Source of the DNA: Ylistrum balloti
Lineage: Eukaryota
Assembly: GCF_031769215.1 (NCBI RefSeq)
Contig: NW_026782844.1
Span: forward strand, 186,001 to 250,000
Direction: 5' to 3'
DNA length: 64,000 nucleotides
The notes beneath the pieces were generated by a model. It had not been told where the DNA came from. It searched no databases and was given only the letters and a program-made list of their open reading frames with translations. Shown piece after piece: positions 34,068 to 44,430 of this stretch; position 1 is the first letter of the stretch; every line of letters starts with the position of its first letter. The position numbers and the translations under genes are program-made.

Positions 34068-35885
34068 ATGGACTCTACAGGCAATTTGAATGTGATGGAT
34101 TTCAGTACTGTTAGGTTGATTTGCTCAACCCTGGAAAATGTAGTTAAAAAATCTTTTGGTCCTCTAGGATTGCAAACTCTGCTGTGTACTGCTACAGGCC
34201 ATTTGGTAGTAACCAATGATGGATTGACCACAATAGAAGTACTGCACCTGTCCCATCCTGTCGCCAAGTTGATAATCCAGTCACTGTCAAAATCAATTCA
34301 CTATACTGGAGATGGGAGTAAGACATTTATATTGTGGCTGGCAAAGTGTGTGAGAGATATAGAAGAGGAAATCTTACTGAGCACAGGAAAGAAAACTCCA
34401 ACTAATGGTTATCAATGTAGTTTGGAAAGCAAATATAGAATACAAATGAGCAGAGATCTAAATAAAATTCTTCCAGAACTTTTGAAAGGTATAGTGAAAT
34501 ATGTTTGGGACCATTCAGCAGCTTGTAAATGTAGACAGGGAAAGGAGGAAGAGATATTATACACAAAAAGGATAATCCATACAGTTATAAGACCACATTT
34601 CCCTCAAAATATTTCAAATATCTTCACCGAACTTCTCTATAATATGGTACAGTTTGACCATGATAGTGATGCCAAAATTTACCTCCGTTACATTATTGAT
34701 CACTTTGAAACACTGTGCATCAAAGTAGGCAATCAACCCTACACATCGTCAACCATGTTGGAGTCATTTGTTATCCAGCGAGATTTCACAGTTTATTGCC
34801 CCCAGACATTAAATGGAAATGTCAAGTTTGTTCTTCTGAGATGTTTGGTAGGTCAGTTAAATACAGAAAATAAAAATGAAAAAATAAAGCTGACCAATTC
34901 GCAAGTTATTGGTCATTATTTACAAAATCAAAAGAAATTGATCAAAGATTTCATCTCTGTATGCCAGCAATATGGAATAAAACTTGTCTTGAGTACAGAA
35001 AAAGTTCCAGACTTTATTCAAGAGATCTTCCAATCGGGTGCCATTTCTCTGGTCCACTATGTATCTGATGAGGAAGCAGATTTCCTGCAAACCAGCCTTA
35101 AGATACATCCCATAACTAATTTGTTTGACACTGTTGAAGAAAAGAACATTGGTTTATCCAAACAATGCAAAGCTTTAGTAATAGCAGGTCAGAGATGTGT
35201 TCATTTAAACCTCCGAGGGCTACCTCCCATGTTACTGGTATGTGGACTGTCTGATGGTTTATGTAAACAGGTAATGTTGGCATCTATCAAAGCTCTTAAG
35301 ACACTTCTACACTATCACCAAACTGAAGAGTTGATTCCCATCATCAATCAAGGGGAGACAACGGACCAAAATACAAGTTTGATGAAGGATGTATGTGCTG
35401 TGGGCATGAGTGAGAGAGAACATTGTGAAACCTTGGGAACACCAGGAGCAGTTGTGAAAGAATGTTATAGTTTATGTGTTTGTCATAACACGGTAGTGGG
35501 CAACAGTTTTGAGTTTATGGCTGCTAAGTATTGTGAGGAAAGAGCAAAGGAACTTAGAGTAAGAGACATAGGACAGTCAATTTTATTTCAGATCTTCTCA
35601 AAAGCACTACTCGCAGTGCCTCAAGTACTGCATGAAAACTCTTGTGGATCTCAAAGTGACAGAGTCAGTTTTATTAAAAAACAACAGTTAGTGTTTTCAG
35701 AGTTGGATAAATTAGGAAAATGTGATTTAAGAGATATTTTGTCATCAGCTGGTTATGGTCATAATGTTGGAGAATGCGTTGAACCTCTAAATGTTAAAGT
35801 TCATCTATTATCTACCCTTACAGAATTATTACAGCAACTTCTTAGGATTGACTCTATTGTTGGAGTTCAGAGTGTCCATGTATAA
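34068..35885 (+). CDS. BBS10: Bardet-Biedl syndrome 10 chaperonin-like protein, 605 aa, single coding exon
   Basis: Type II chaperonin-like start KSFGPLGLQTLLCTATG...LHLSHPVAKLI...TGDGSKTFIL (BBS10-type GDGxKTF motif) and C-terminus VEPLNVKVHLL...LLRIDSIV. AATAAA at 35939-35944. Confidence 0.9.
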   Translation: MDSTGNLNVMDFSTVRLICSTLENVVKKSFGPLGLQTLLCTATGHLVVTNDGLTTIEVLHLSHPVAKLIIQSLSKSIHYTGDGSKTFILWLAKCVRDIEEEILLSTGKKTPTNGYQCSLESKYRIQMSRDLNKILPELLKGIVKYVWDHSAACKCRQGKEEEILYTKRIIHTVIRPHFPQNISNIFTELLYNMVQFDHDSDAKIYLRYIIDHFETLCIKVGNQPYTSSTMLESFVIQRDFTVYCPQTLNGNVKFVLLRCLVGQLNTENKNEKIKLTNSQVIGHYLQNQKKLIKDFISVCQQYGIKLVLSTEKVPDFIQEIFQSGAISLVHYVSDEEADFLQTSLKIHPITNLFDTVEEKNIGLSKQCKALVIAGQRCVHLNLRGLPPMLLVCGLSDGLCKQVMLASIKALKTLLHYHQTEELIPIINQGETTDQNTSLMKDVCAVGMSEREHCETLGTPGAVVKECYSLCVCHNTVVGNSFEFMAAKYCEERAKELRVRDIGQSILFQIFSKALLAVPQVLHENSCGSQSDRVSFIKKQQLVFSELDKLGKCDLRDILSSAGYGHNVGECVEPLNVKVHLLSTLTELLQQLLRIDSIVGVQSVHV

Positions 35886-36280
35886 AACAACAGTAATGCC
35901 CTTGCTGTTAATGTCATATATGGCAATTGAAATTAAAAAATAAAGCATTTTGTTTTCATATCTATTTTCACAATTATTTACTGACTGCATTATTTATAGT
36001 TCACCTGACTAACGAGAAAATGAACATTTGACAGGTGAATATAAGCCTCCATATGATATAAGTTGTCTATTCTCCTTTCATTGTCATCCATTCCCTAAAA
36101 CAACTTACAGAAATAATCAAAAGACTTGAGGCATACTATTGAAACGGCAGCATGCATAATGACAAACTAAGAAGCATAATGCAATGAATTGTCTTGAACG
36201 TTTTCAAAGTCACATGGGTCAGATGTGCCAAAATTTTAAAATCTCGTAATAAATAAAAGCAGCAATATTTTGCAGGAATT

Positions 36281-37236
36281 TTCAGGTCACCCGGACAAAG
36301 TCTCGGGTTGACCTATTGCGATCCCCTTTTGTCTGGTGTGCTGTGTTGTAAACTTTTAATATCTACGACTTATTCTGGAAAACTGATAACAATGAAACAT
36401 TACAAAAACCTTCTTAGCTAAAGGTGCACCAAAATTGTAAATTATAAGGTCCCCAATCCCCAGAGGCCTGAGAGCGCCAAAAAGGGTGAAATTGATTGGA
36501 TTGAAACTTCAAAAGTCTTAAATTACAGGTATGGTATAAACAAATATCCTTCTAGAATGGAATGGCCTTCAGAAGCTTTACAAAAATTGTAATTATCATG
36601 ACTCCAGGGTCTCGCCGTTTACCCTTGGGAGATGGAAAGATCTACTAAAGTTTATGTAGGAAAATTACAGTTTTGCACATGATTTGTTTATTTTTATTGG
36701 AAATAGTTCAAACCTGGTTAGAATTATTAGTTAAAGATTAGTTTTATGAGATGCACATATTGACCTCTAGGGGCTGTTAGATGGGTAAAATTTATATATT
36801 ATGTAGAAAAATTACATTTTTGAGCATAATTTGTTGATTTTGTTTCAGAAATATTTCAAACTTGGTTAGAATTTTTGTATTAGTGTAAGCTGACAGTTTG
36901 ATTAGATGCACATTTTGACCTTGACTGACCCCTGGGGCTAATGGGCAGGGCCAAAATTGGGTCAAATTGACTGAAATTTCAAAGATGTTCTACTGTTCCT
37001 GGATAGAAGATTTTATATAGGAAAATTCAAATCAAATCTTGAGTGTAATTTCTTTTAATTCAAACTTGGTTAGAAGCCTTGGCATGGGACAGAAGTAAAT
37101 GTATACACAATTTACATTTGCATTAGGTGTACAATAAGTTAAAGTTATGTTACTTTTTTTTTTAAATAATCATTTCTATGGCATGTTACAAGAAGCATTG
37201 TGACTCAAGTGATCGTTAAGGCCCTTGGGCTTATTT
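36281..37236 (+). mobile_element. DINE-1/HINE-like element with internal tandem subrepeats
   Basis: Starts TTTTCAGGTCACCCGGACAAAGTCTCGGGTTGACCTATTGCGATC. TTCAAACYTGGTTAGAA recurs near 36709, 36855 and 37062. Ends CAAGTGATCGTTAAGGCCCTTGGGCTTATTT. The family assignment is by architecture only. Confidence 0.45.
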
Positions 37237-37827
37237 TATCATATGATGCTAGAACACCATTTTCAGAAATTTTATAAGTCCCATAACTAAGATATACAAT
37301 GTATGTCGATTCCGAAAATTTGAGGGAGTCCAGAGGAAAGGCGTGAGTTCTGGACTTGAATACCTGAGTTCCAAATATCACCGAGTTATGATATTGGGCT
37401 TTCGATAAAGACTTTTCAAATCCTTTCAGGCACATGGTCACAATATTTGGCTAAAAGGATCATTGGGAAAATAGCTTACAAGTTTCCAAAAACATATGGC
37501 TTTGGCCTACCTTCAAGCTCTTAGGGGTCAAGTGTCATTAAAGTATTTTTATCAACTTTTCAGTAACCAAAATGTACTCAGATATTTGGCAAGTAACTAG
37601 GGTGAAGGGCTATCAAAATTGTTCAACTTGATTACATTAGCCCACTTTGAAGTCGCATTCGGTATCATGATACCTTGACCTACCAGTCTTTTACCATGAT
37701 AAATCAATCAAGATCTACAAGTCATTGACGGAATCCAGTATCATTATGTGCATGGCATCAATTATGGTCATCAACTGGTGTTGTATTAGTGATCTAAAAG
37801 CCCGTTACCATGATAGTAGTGATTAAT

Positions 37828-38440
37828 ACCAGTTATCGTGATCTACCGATATCGTGGTGTCTTTATAGTCCAGTTATCGTGATCTACCGATATCGTGGTG
37901 TCTTTATGGTCCAGTTATCGTGATCTACCGATATCGCGGTGTCTTTATGGTCCAGTTATCGTGATCTATCGATATCGTGGTGTCTTTATAGTCCAGTTAT
38001 CGTGATCTACCGATATCGTGGTGTCTTTATAGTCTAGTTATGGTGATCTACCGGAATCGTGGTGTCTTTATAGTCCAGTTATCGTGATCTACCGGAATCG
38101 TGGTGATCTACCGATATCATGGTGTCTTTATAGTCCAGTTATCGTGATCTACCGGAATCGTGGTGTCTTTATAGTCCAGTTATCGTGATCTACCGATATC
38201 GTGGTGTCTTTATAGTCCAGTTATCGTGATCTACCGGAATCGTGGTGTCTTTATAGTCCAGTTATCGTGATCTACCGATATCGTGGTGTCTTTATAGTCC
38301 AATTATCGTGATCTGCCGGAATCGTGGTGTCTTTATAGTCCAGTTATCGTGATCTGCGGATATCGTGGTTTCTTTATAGTCCAGTTATCGTGATCTACTG
38401 CTATCGTGGTGTCTTTATAGTCCAGTTATCGCGATCTAAC
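37828..38440. repeat. 41-bp minisatellite, ~15 copies
   Basis: Unit GTCCAGTTATCGTGATCTACCGATATCGTGGTGTCTTTATA; period 41 at 37868/37909. Decayed relatives continue to ~38950. Confidence 0.95.
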
Positions 38441-38447
38441 GATGTCT

Positions 38448-38711
38448 CATCTTCCATCCTCCAGGGGTTACAATCACTTTCGCTCTCTGTATCCCTGGAA
38501 CATGTCATCACAAAATTGAAGGTATTGTAATGGCTTTGAAGTTGGATGTCACTCCTTTGTATCTTCAAAATGAGCGTATCAGCCTGTGATTGTTCAGTTT
38601 TTTTCTCCTGGAGCCAATCAAATTACTGCGTTTGTGCCTTCAGCGTTGCTATGACATGTTCCAGGGGTACAGAGAGCGATAGTGATCTCAACGCCTGAAG
38701 TATTGAGGATG
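38448..38711. mobile_element. 264-bp MITE with 75-bp TIRs
   Basis: 38448-38522 aligns without gaps to the reverse complement of 38637-38711 (60/75 identical). Flanked by (A)CGATGTCT and (C)CGATGTCT, an 8-9 bp direct repeat. Confidence 0.8.
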
Positions 38712-39194
38712 CCGATGTCTTTGAATTATTATTCCGGTTATCGCGATCTACCGGTGTTGTGATACATCACATATCTTGATATAACAGTATCTACCAAGCA
38801 TTTTGGTATACATGTAGTTTGATAAACCAATTGTGGTGATTTACGTAAACCGGTATCTTGATACACCAATTATCGTGATTACCAATAGCTGGGTGTCCTG
38901 AATTCTTCGTTCATCAATATAAGAATTATCGCGATCTACCGGTATCGTTATTAGTGATTTATGAATGACCATGCTTTTCTGCTATTGTGATCTATCGATG
39001 TATTGATATACATGTTAATGTGTTTAATGAATGTTGTAGAAAACATATAAAGTGTGTTCAAAACTTTAGCGAATAAATGTTTCTCGAATATCACCGATTG
39101 CAAATATTGAGTGATGTGAAAAGTACATTTTCCTCGCGAGTCAGTTTCTCTGAACACCGAAATATGATATTTTATTTCCAACAGAGGCAGCGAC

Positions 39195-39255
39195 TCTCGC
39201 TGGGAATTGAATAACAGACCGGGTTTACTAAGCACTCTACCGTCTGGACCAAAGA
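39195..39255 (-). mobile_element. tRNA-derived SINE head remnant
   Basis: Minus strand TGGTCCAGACGGTAGAGTGC (A-box-like) followed by TTATTCAATTCCCAGCG (B-box-like). No complete cloverleaf. Confidence 0.3.
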
Positions 39256-39456
39256 TGAATTAGAGAAATTCCCTTTAGCCGAGTCGGAAGGAAGGGACTA
39301 ATATTTAACAAGTGTTGTGTGTAATGCTGTGCATTGCACGTATTCTAGTCTAGCTCTAATCGCCGGTATACAATATTTTTTATATATCATTTGCTACTCG
39401 TGATCAATCGGCAATTAAACGTTTCTATTCTTCACTACTAGTTTGCCCCTTCATTC

Positions 39457-40743
39457 TTATATCGGATCTCTGGAACTCATGATGTTGTCCAAGAGCTGCC
39501 AAACATAGCGCTCTTTGTCTTCTAACATTTCTAACACTTCAACCGCCGCGTTTTGACGAGCGTTCTCCAGTTCGAACTTCTGTAGTTTGTCGTAATTAAT
39601 TTGAAGATATTCTCCCCATCTTTGTAATAGTTTATCGAATACGAACCTTAGCAATTCATCCTCTCCCAAACCGTTGTCAATATCGTGCTGGGCACGTGAC
39701 CACGTGTTACTCTCAATGATTTTTTGAACAGGAATGTCACGCTCGATGACATTAGGGTCACAGAGAGCGGATGCTGATTTTGATATTTGTCCAGACTTCA
39801 ATGATTTTTCGTTACCACTTGCAGTTCCGCACGAATCTGATAACCCTACACATATTGTTTTCCCATTACTTTCCTTTTCTGCAGATTCATCGCTACTTTG
39901 ATCTTCATCAGTTGCTACGAAACTCGCGTCTTCAGCAACGCTCACTGTTTCGGTGTCTGAATCGGAATTTTCTTCCTTTCCTTTGTCAAAAGTCTCATTT
40001 TTTTCTTTTGTGCTCGTAACTTCGTCGGTGTCTTCAATTGATTGCAGTGAAGTCATAACCAGCATGTCTTGGAAATGTTTCTGTATGAGAGCGGCATTTG
40101 GAATACATGTCTGGATTTCGTTGTCAACTGTTCTATTTTTGGATTCATTACATGTCAATATATGCCGGAGTCTTCCCTGTGGCGATGCTGCTTTGTCATA
40201 TAACTTCACCATGGTATAGGATTTCGCATCAGTCGGTGTCTCGCGCGCCATCTTGTCTTGCTGGGCGGTTATGTTTCCTTTACAGTTGAACATTCCAGAA
40301 GCAGCGAGATACTGATGATCCAGATTTACTAGGTGTAAGAAATCATTCGGCTCTGTTTTTTCGGGTATGCGTATGTCGTCCGATTCTACTATGGAATTAA
40401 CTTCGTCTTTATTACATTTTCCCTTGTCTTCTGACTTGCTCTGTAATTGTTTATCACAGAAATTTGTAATAACAGATGTATCATCTGAAATAACTCCAGC
40501 TCCATCTATATCTTTTTGTTTCTGTGTATCGCTAGATTCCATTTTATCAAGATAAGAAATAGCCAGTGTTTGTTTCTCACACTCCGAATTCACAGTGCAT
40601 TTCTTCATGTCTTCGTCAGAAATGACGGTTTTGGGGTCGAGACCGGTACTGTTTCCAGTATTGACAGATTCGCCTGAAGTTCTACACAAATCTTCTTCGA
40701 GATAATCGTTCCCTCCAGTAAGTGAAAATCTTACAGGCGCCAT
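39457..40743 (-). CDS. Uncharacterised intronless acidic/low-complexity protein, 428 aa from the first in-frame ATG, with a helical C-terminal domain
   Basis: Non-repetitive 1.36-kb ORF in AT-rich DNA, first ATG at 40743 (MAPVRFSLTGG). D/E/S-rich body and ordered C-terminus DELLRFVFDKLLQRWGEYLQINYDKL...NARQNAAVEVLEML...YVWQLLDNIM. Family not recognised; an upstream exon cannot be excluded. Confidence 0.8.
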   Translation of the reverse strand: MAPVRFSLTGGNDYLEEDLCRTSGESVNTGNSTGLDPKTVISDEDMKKCTVNSECEKQTLAISYLDKMESSDTQKQKDIDGAGVISDDTSVITNFCDKQLQSKSEDKGKCNKDEVNSIVESDDIRIPEKTEPNDFLHLVNLDHQYLAASGMFNCKGNITAQQDKMARETPTDAKSYTMVKLYDKAASPQGRLRHILTCNESKNRTVDNEIQTCIPNAALIQKHFQDMLVMTSLQSIEDTDEVTSTKEKNETFDKGKEENSDSDTETVSVAEDASFVATDEDQSSDESAEKESNGKTICVGLSDSCGTASGNEKSLKSGQISKSASALCDPNVIERDIPVQKIIESNTWSRAQHDIDNGLGEDELLRFVFDKLLQRWGEYLQINYDKLQKFELENARQNAAVEVLEMLEDKERYVWQLLDNIMSSRDPI

Positions 40744-40840
40744 GCTGCTGATGTTCAAACGAGTTTTAACAATCAAGTCACGGCCGTCTCCAGGCACGAA
40801 ATGTCGCTTTGACAACGATTCATTGCCATTTGGCGTATGC

Positions 40841-40854
40841 TTATGACGTCATAA
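40841..40854. promoter_or_regulatory. Perfect 14-bp palindrome TTATGACGTCATAA containing a CRE/ATF site
   Basis: TGACGTCA at 40844-40851, about 100 nt upstream of the ATG at 40743. Confidence 0.35.
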
Positions 40855-42898
40855 TCTGCGTCGTCTTTCTTGGTATCAAAACCGACGTTCAAAATAAAGA
40901 TTTGTTTACATGATGGGTAATTACAGAATAAATCTCTGGCAAATATAAAAAAAACGTAACGATATCATAACAACACCGTTATAACCACGATCAATTACTA
41001 ACAGCTTCCTACTGATTCTGCTATAAACAATTAACTAGATAAATCGGCAGAGATTTAATCGTTTACTTGAACAGTCTCAGTGGTCCCGGGTTTGATTCCT
41101 AGTGGATAGTAAATGGCACCCTATAAGGAACATACAAGGCATTGATGGAGACATGAATCTTGTTCTGAAAGCACGTGTTTCCCATAGAAAACTAGAGGGA
41201 GAATTAGATCCTTAAGTGAGAAGTATGTAACCCTGATGAAATTATCAAGGGTTCGATGTCAATTAACACGTCAGTCAGATAAATACATGCTGAACTTGAA
41301 TTACAGAGTTTGTCAATTATTACCTGTCAACGACTTTCCCTCAAAACCGACATCAAATCATATTTTGTCGATAGGATCCTTGAATAAAGGTTGTGAAAAG
41401 TAATGACCTTGATAGCATTCATGTTCACATGTGCCAAACATGTTAAATCAAGTAACTTGTTATCGCTGACCAAGACTTTGAAAGAAAGAAATGTGAAATG
41501 AGGAAAACAATGAATGAAATGTTGTAATTAACCCGAATATGAATGACTAGCTGATGGAATGTCTTTAAATCGCATTTGTAGTCAGTATGAATGGAGATTA
41601 CAGACACCTAGACTAGCAAATAACATGGCGTTTGTTGACAGAACCAAGTAATTCATCTGGACTGTGAAAGCTCCATCTATGTAATGTAAATTTGTCCTTG
41701 CTGATGTTTATATTTTTGATACGATGTTGTTGCTATTGTTGTTTTCAGACGTGTTCGCCGTTCGTGTGTGATCGATGTCATTCAATATATTTGCAGTCTG
41801 ATAATTGCGAATGTTTTACAGCAGGATTGATTGATTTCTTAATTTTAGTTGGATGTAATTTACTTTATCTTGTCGAGATGGATTACACAGAGTTCCTTAA
41901 ACATGTTTTTCCCAAGCGGCATTTCGATTGAGTAGATTCTTCTCAATCAAAGACACGTGGTTACATATACATCAGTAACATATTGGGATTAATGACCTAA
42001 TGCCATTTTCAAGATCGCAGGGATCAAACGTGTTTAAAATTTCAAACATCTTTTCCGAAGTAACCAAAATCTGGAGTCACATTTTGATTTTGGCAATCTT
42101 CCAAATAGCTATCATCGCCAACTTCTAAGGTCACGTGGGTCAATGATTCCACCAGCTTCTCAGTAAAGAAAACAGAGTATTGATATTGGCCAAGAGACTA
42201 GCTAGGATCAGTACTTTAAATTTATTCAAATGTTAATCTGGGTCCCGTTTCTAGGTCACATGGGTAAGATGTATTAACAAATGCATGTTCAAATGACTTG
42301 ATTACAATAATTAACAATCAAGGTCACGATGTTGTCAGGAGCATATGTGATGAAAATATTTCATATTTGTTCAATGAACGACCTTGACCACTTGACCGAA
42401 TGTGTCTACATCTTCTAACGTACTGTTTTCAATAACCAAAAGGCCAAGGGTCATAATTTTGGATGATGGTATCTTAAAAATTTATTCAAATGAATTACTT
42501 TGAACTACTTTAAATATATACTTGTATATGTGGAACGGGACGGGAAATTACAGGACTTGAGAATTTCTTTTCCTTCAACTGTACTCATTTTTTGTTACGA
42601 TATAGATTCAAGTGCCAAGACGTTGAGGTACTAAAGTTTAATACTTTTACGTACACTATAAAAGTCGATTACACAGTACATTGTATACATCCCTTACCTT
42701 CTACGGTAGATCTTCATTTAAAAATAACATATAAATTAAATAAAACGTGCACTTATTTCACAACACTATGTTTTAAGCTTTTTATCAGACGCATTAATTT
42801 ATAAATATCTCAAATACGTTTGTAAATGCTGCTATAAGTTATATAAATAATATATAATTATTTTAAAATAGTACTGGTATCATATTAAGGAATGCTGT

Positions 42899-43987
42899 TC
42901 ACAAGAGTCTGCAAACTTCTAGCATATGTTTGTGCAGATACCGTTTTTGTGCGAAAGCTCTCCCACATCGCTCGCAGGAAAAGTTCTTGCACTTCACGGA
43001 GTGAATTAGCATATGAGAACGCAGATTACTTTTATCAGCGAATGCTTTGTCGCAGCCAACACTGGGACACGTAAAAGGTCGTTCGCCAGTATGGGTTCTA
43101 GTATGACCCTTAAGGAGCCATGACCGTGTGAATATTTTCCCGCATATATCGCATTTGTTCTTCTGTTTCATATGATGAGATCGCAAGTGGGCAGTAAAGG
43201 CGGAGAGTGACGCGAACGTTTTGTTGCAATCGTCACAATGCAGAGCTGACGACTTATCATATGTCTCCCCAGGCTGGACGTCAAGCATGACTCTCCGGTG
43301 TCGACCGGACTCCAACAAGTTTCGCGCATACTCCGTCATCCCGTCATTACTTTCTGGTTGCGACGAATCACAGTCGTCTGTCATACATAAATCGGCAAAA
43401 TTCTGCACACTTTCATTGGAATCAGAGTCGTTGAGATATGAGTTGTCGTTCTTGTCGTAATGTCGGTGTTGTTTTCGCTGTAAAACATCAAGCTTTGGAT
43501 CAGAATCAAAGTCAACTATTGGGTCTAGTTGTGAATCATCTGACATGACATCATCATCGAGTATCCCGAAATCGACCTCTTCCTGGCATGTTCCCAAGAA
43601 AACGTCATCATTTTCGTATTCATCGTCAGTTTCCCATTCATCGCTCGATTCGGTGCTGTAGTCACTCGGCAGGTCGGACCGATTCTCACATGGATATTCC
43701 CCAAAACATTCCAATGTCTCCCTGGGGTTCACACCAGCCAACTCCAGATGTGGCACGCGTAAACTTATTTGGAACCTTGTAACGAATGACATGTAACTCA
43801 TAGACTTGTACTTGACAATGGGGTATTTTTTCTTCTTCTGTGCGTTTCTTGGATTGGTCTTGACCTCTTTCTGTGGAGAGTGAGTACCGGATGCTTTATT
43901 TTTGTTACGGAACGGTACCTTCTTTATTGCCAAGCCGGAACGTGTCGTCATGACGTTAGGATCACGTTCTGAAAATGGAATATACAT
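42899..43987 (-). CDS. Snail/Scratch-superfamily-related C2H2 zinc-finger transcription factor (CG15269-like), 362 aa, intronless
   Basis: Four fingers: CDDC..HLRSHH, CDICGKIFTRSWLLKGHTRTHTGERP, CPSVGCDKAFADKSNLRSHMLIH, CERC..LHKHMLEVC (C2HC end). WLLxGH and FADxSNLRxH are Snail-family signatures. Long acidic central region. Confidence 0.88.
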   Translation of the reverse strand: MYIPFSERDPNVMTTRSGLAIKKVPFRNKNKASGTHSPQKEVKTNPRNAQKKKKYPIVKYKSMSYMSFVTRFQISLRVPHLELAGVNPRETLECFGEYPCENRSDLPSDYSTESSDEWETDDEYENDDVFLGTCQEEVDFGILDDDVMSDDSQLDPIVDFDSDPKLDVLQRKQHRHYDKNDNSYLNDSDSNESVQNFADLCMTDDCDSSQPESNDGMTEYARNLLESGRHRRVMLDVQPGETYDKSSALHCDDCNKTFASLSAFTAHLRSHHMKQKNKCDICGKIFTRSWLLKGHTRTHTGERPFTCPSVGCDKAFADKSNLRSHMLIHSVKCKNFSCERCGRAFAQKRYLHKHMLEVCRLL

Positions 43988-44149
43988 GATGAAATTATCA
44001 GCAAATCGACATTTTTAGGTCATCTGAGATTACTTCAAATTACACGACAACAGATACGGTAATAATTATAAAGATAAGCAACATATCAGACCTCTATAAC
44101 AAACAAGATCTGTCATATGATGAAAGCTATAAAGGGCTAATATAGATGA

Positions 44150-44430
44150 AAATAGCATGACAACAAATGAGGCCGTATCTTAATTTATAAAGGTCATAAA
44201 ATGTTATCATGTAGGATTATGTAATGGAAAACTGGACTGTAGAAAACTAGAGAAAGGGGTCAAAAGTGTTAAAGATATCATGACGACAAATAAGGCCGTA
44301 AGATAATCGATGTCATGTGCAAATATGTAGCCTATGGCGACAGACGGGTCACATGATAATCGATGTCATGACGATAAATAGGTTATTTAACCGATGTCAT
44401 ATAACAATAAACAGTTCACTTGATAACCGA
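44150..44430. repeat. Highly degenerate repeat (AATCGATGTCATGACGACAAATA-like)
   Basis: CGATGTCAT and CATGACRACAAAT recur several times. Confidence 0.5.

Noticed and set aside
40744-40815. TTG start of the 452-aa ORF in the track
   Set aside because: Eukaryotic locus; the first in-frame ATG is at 40743.
41080-41125. B-box-like GGTTTGATTCC (SINE or tRNA fragment)
   Set aside because: No A box or cloverleaf; too short to call.
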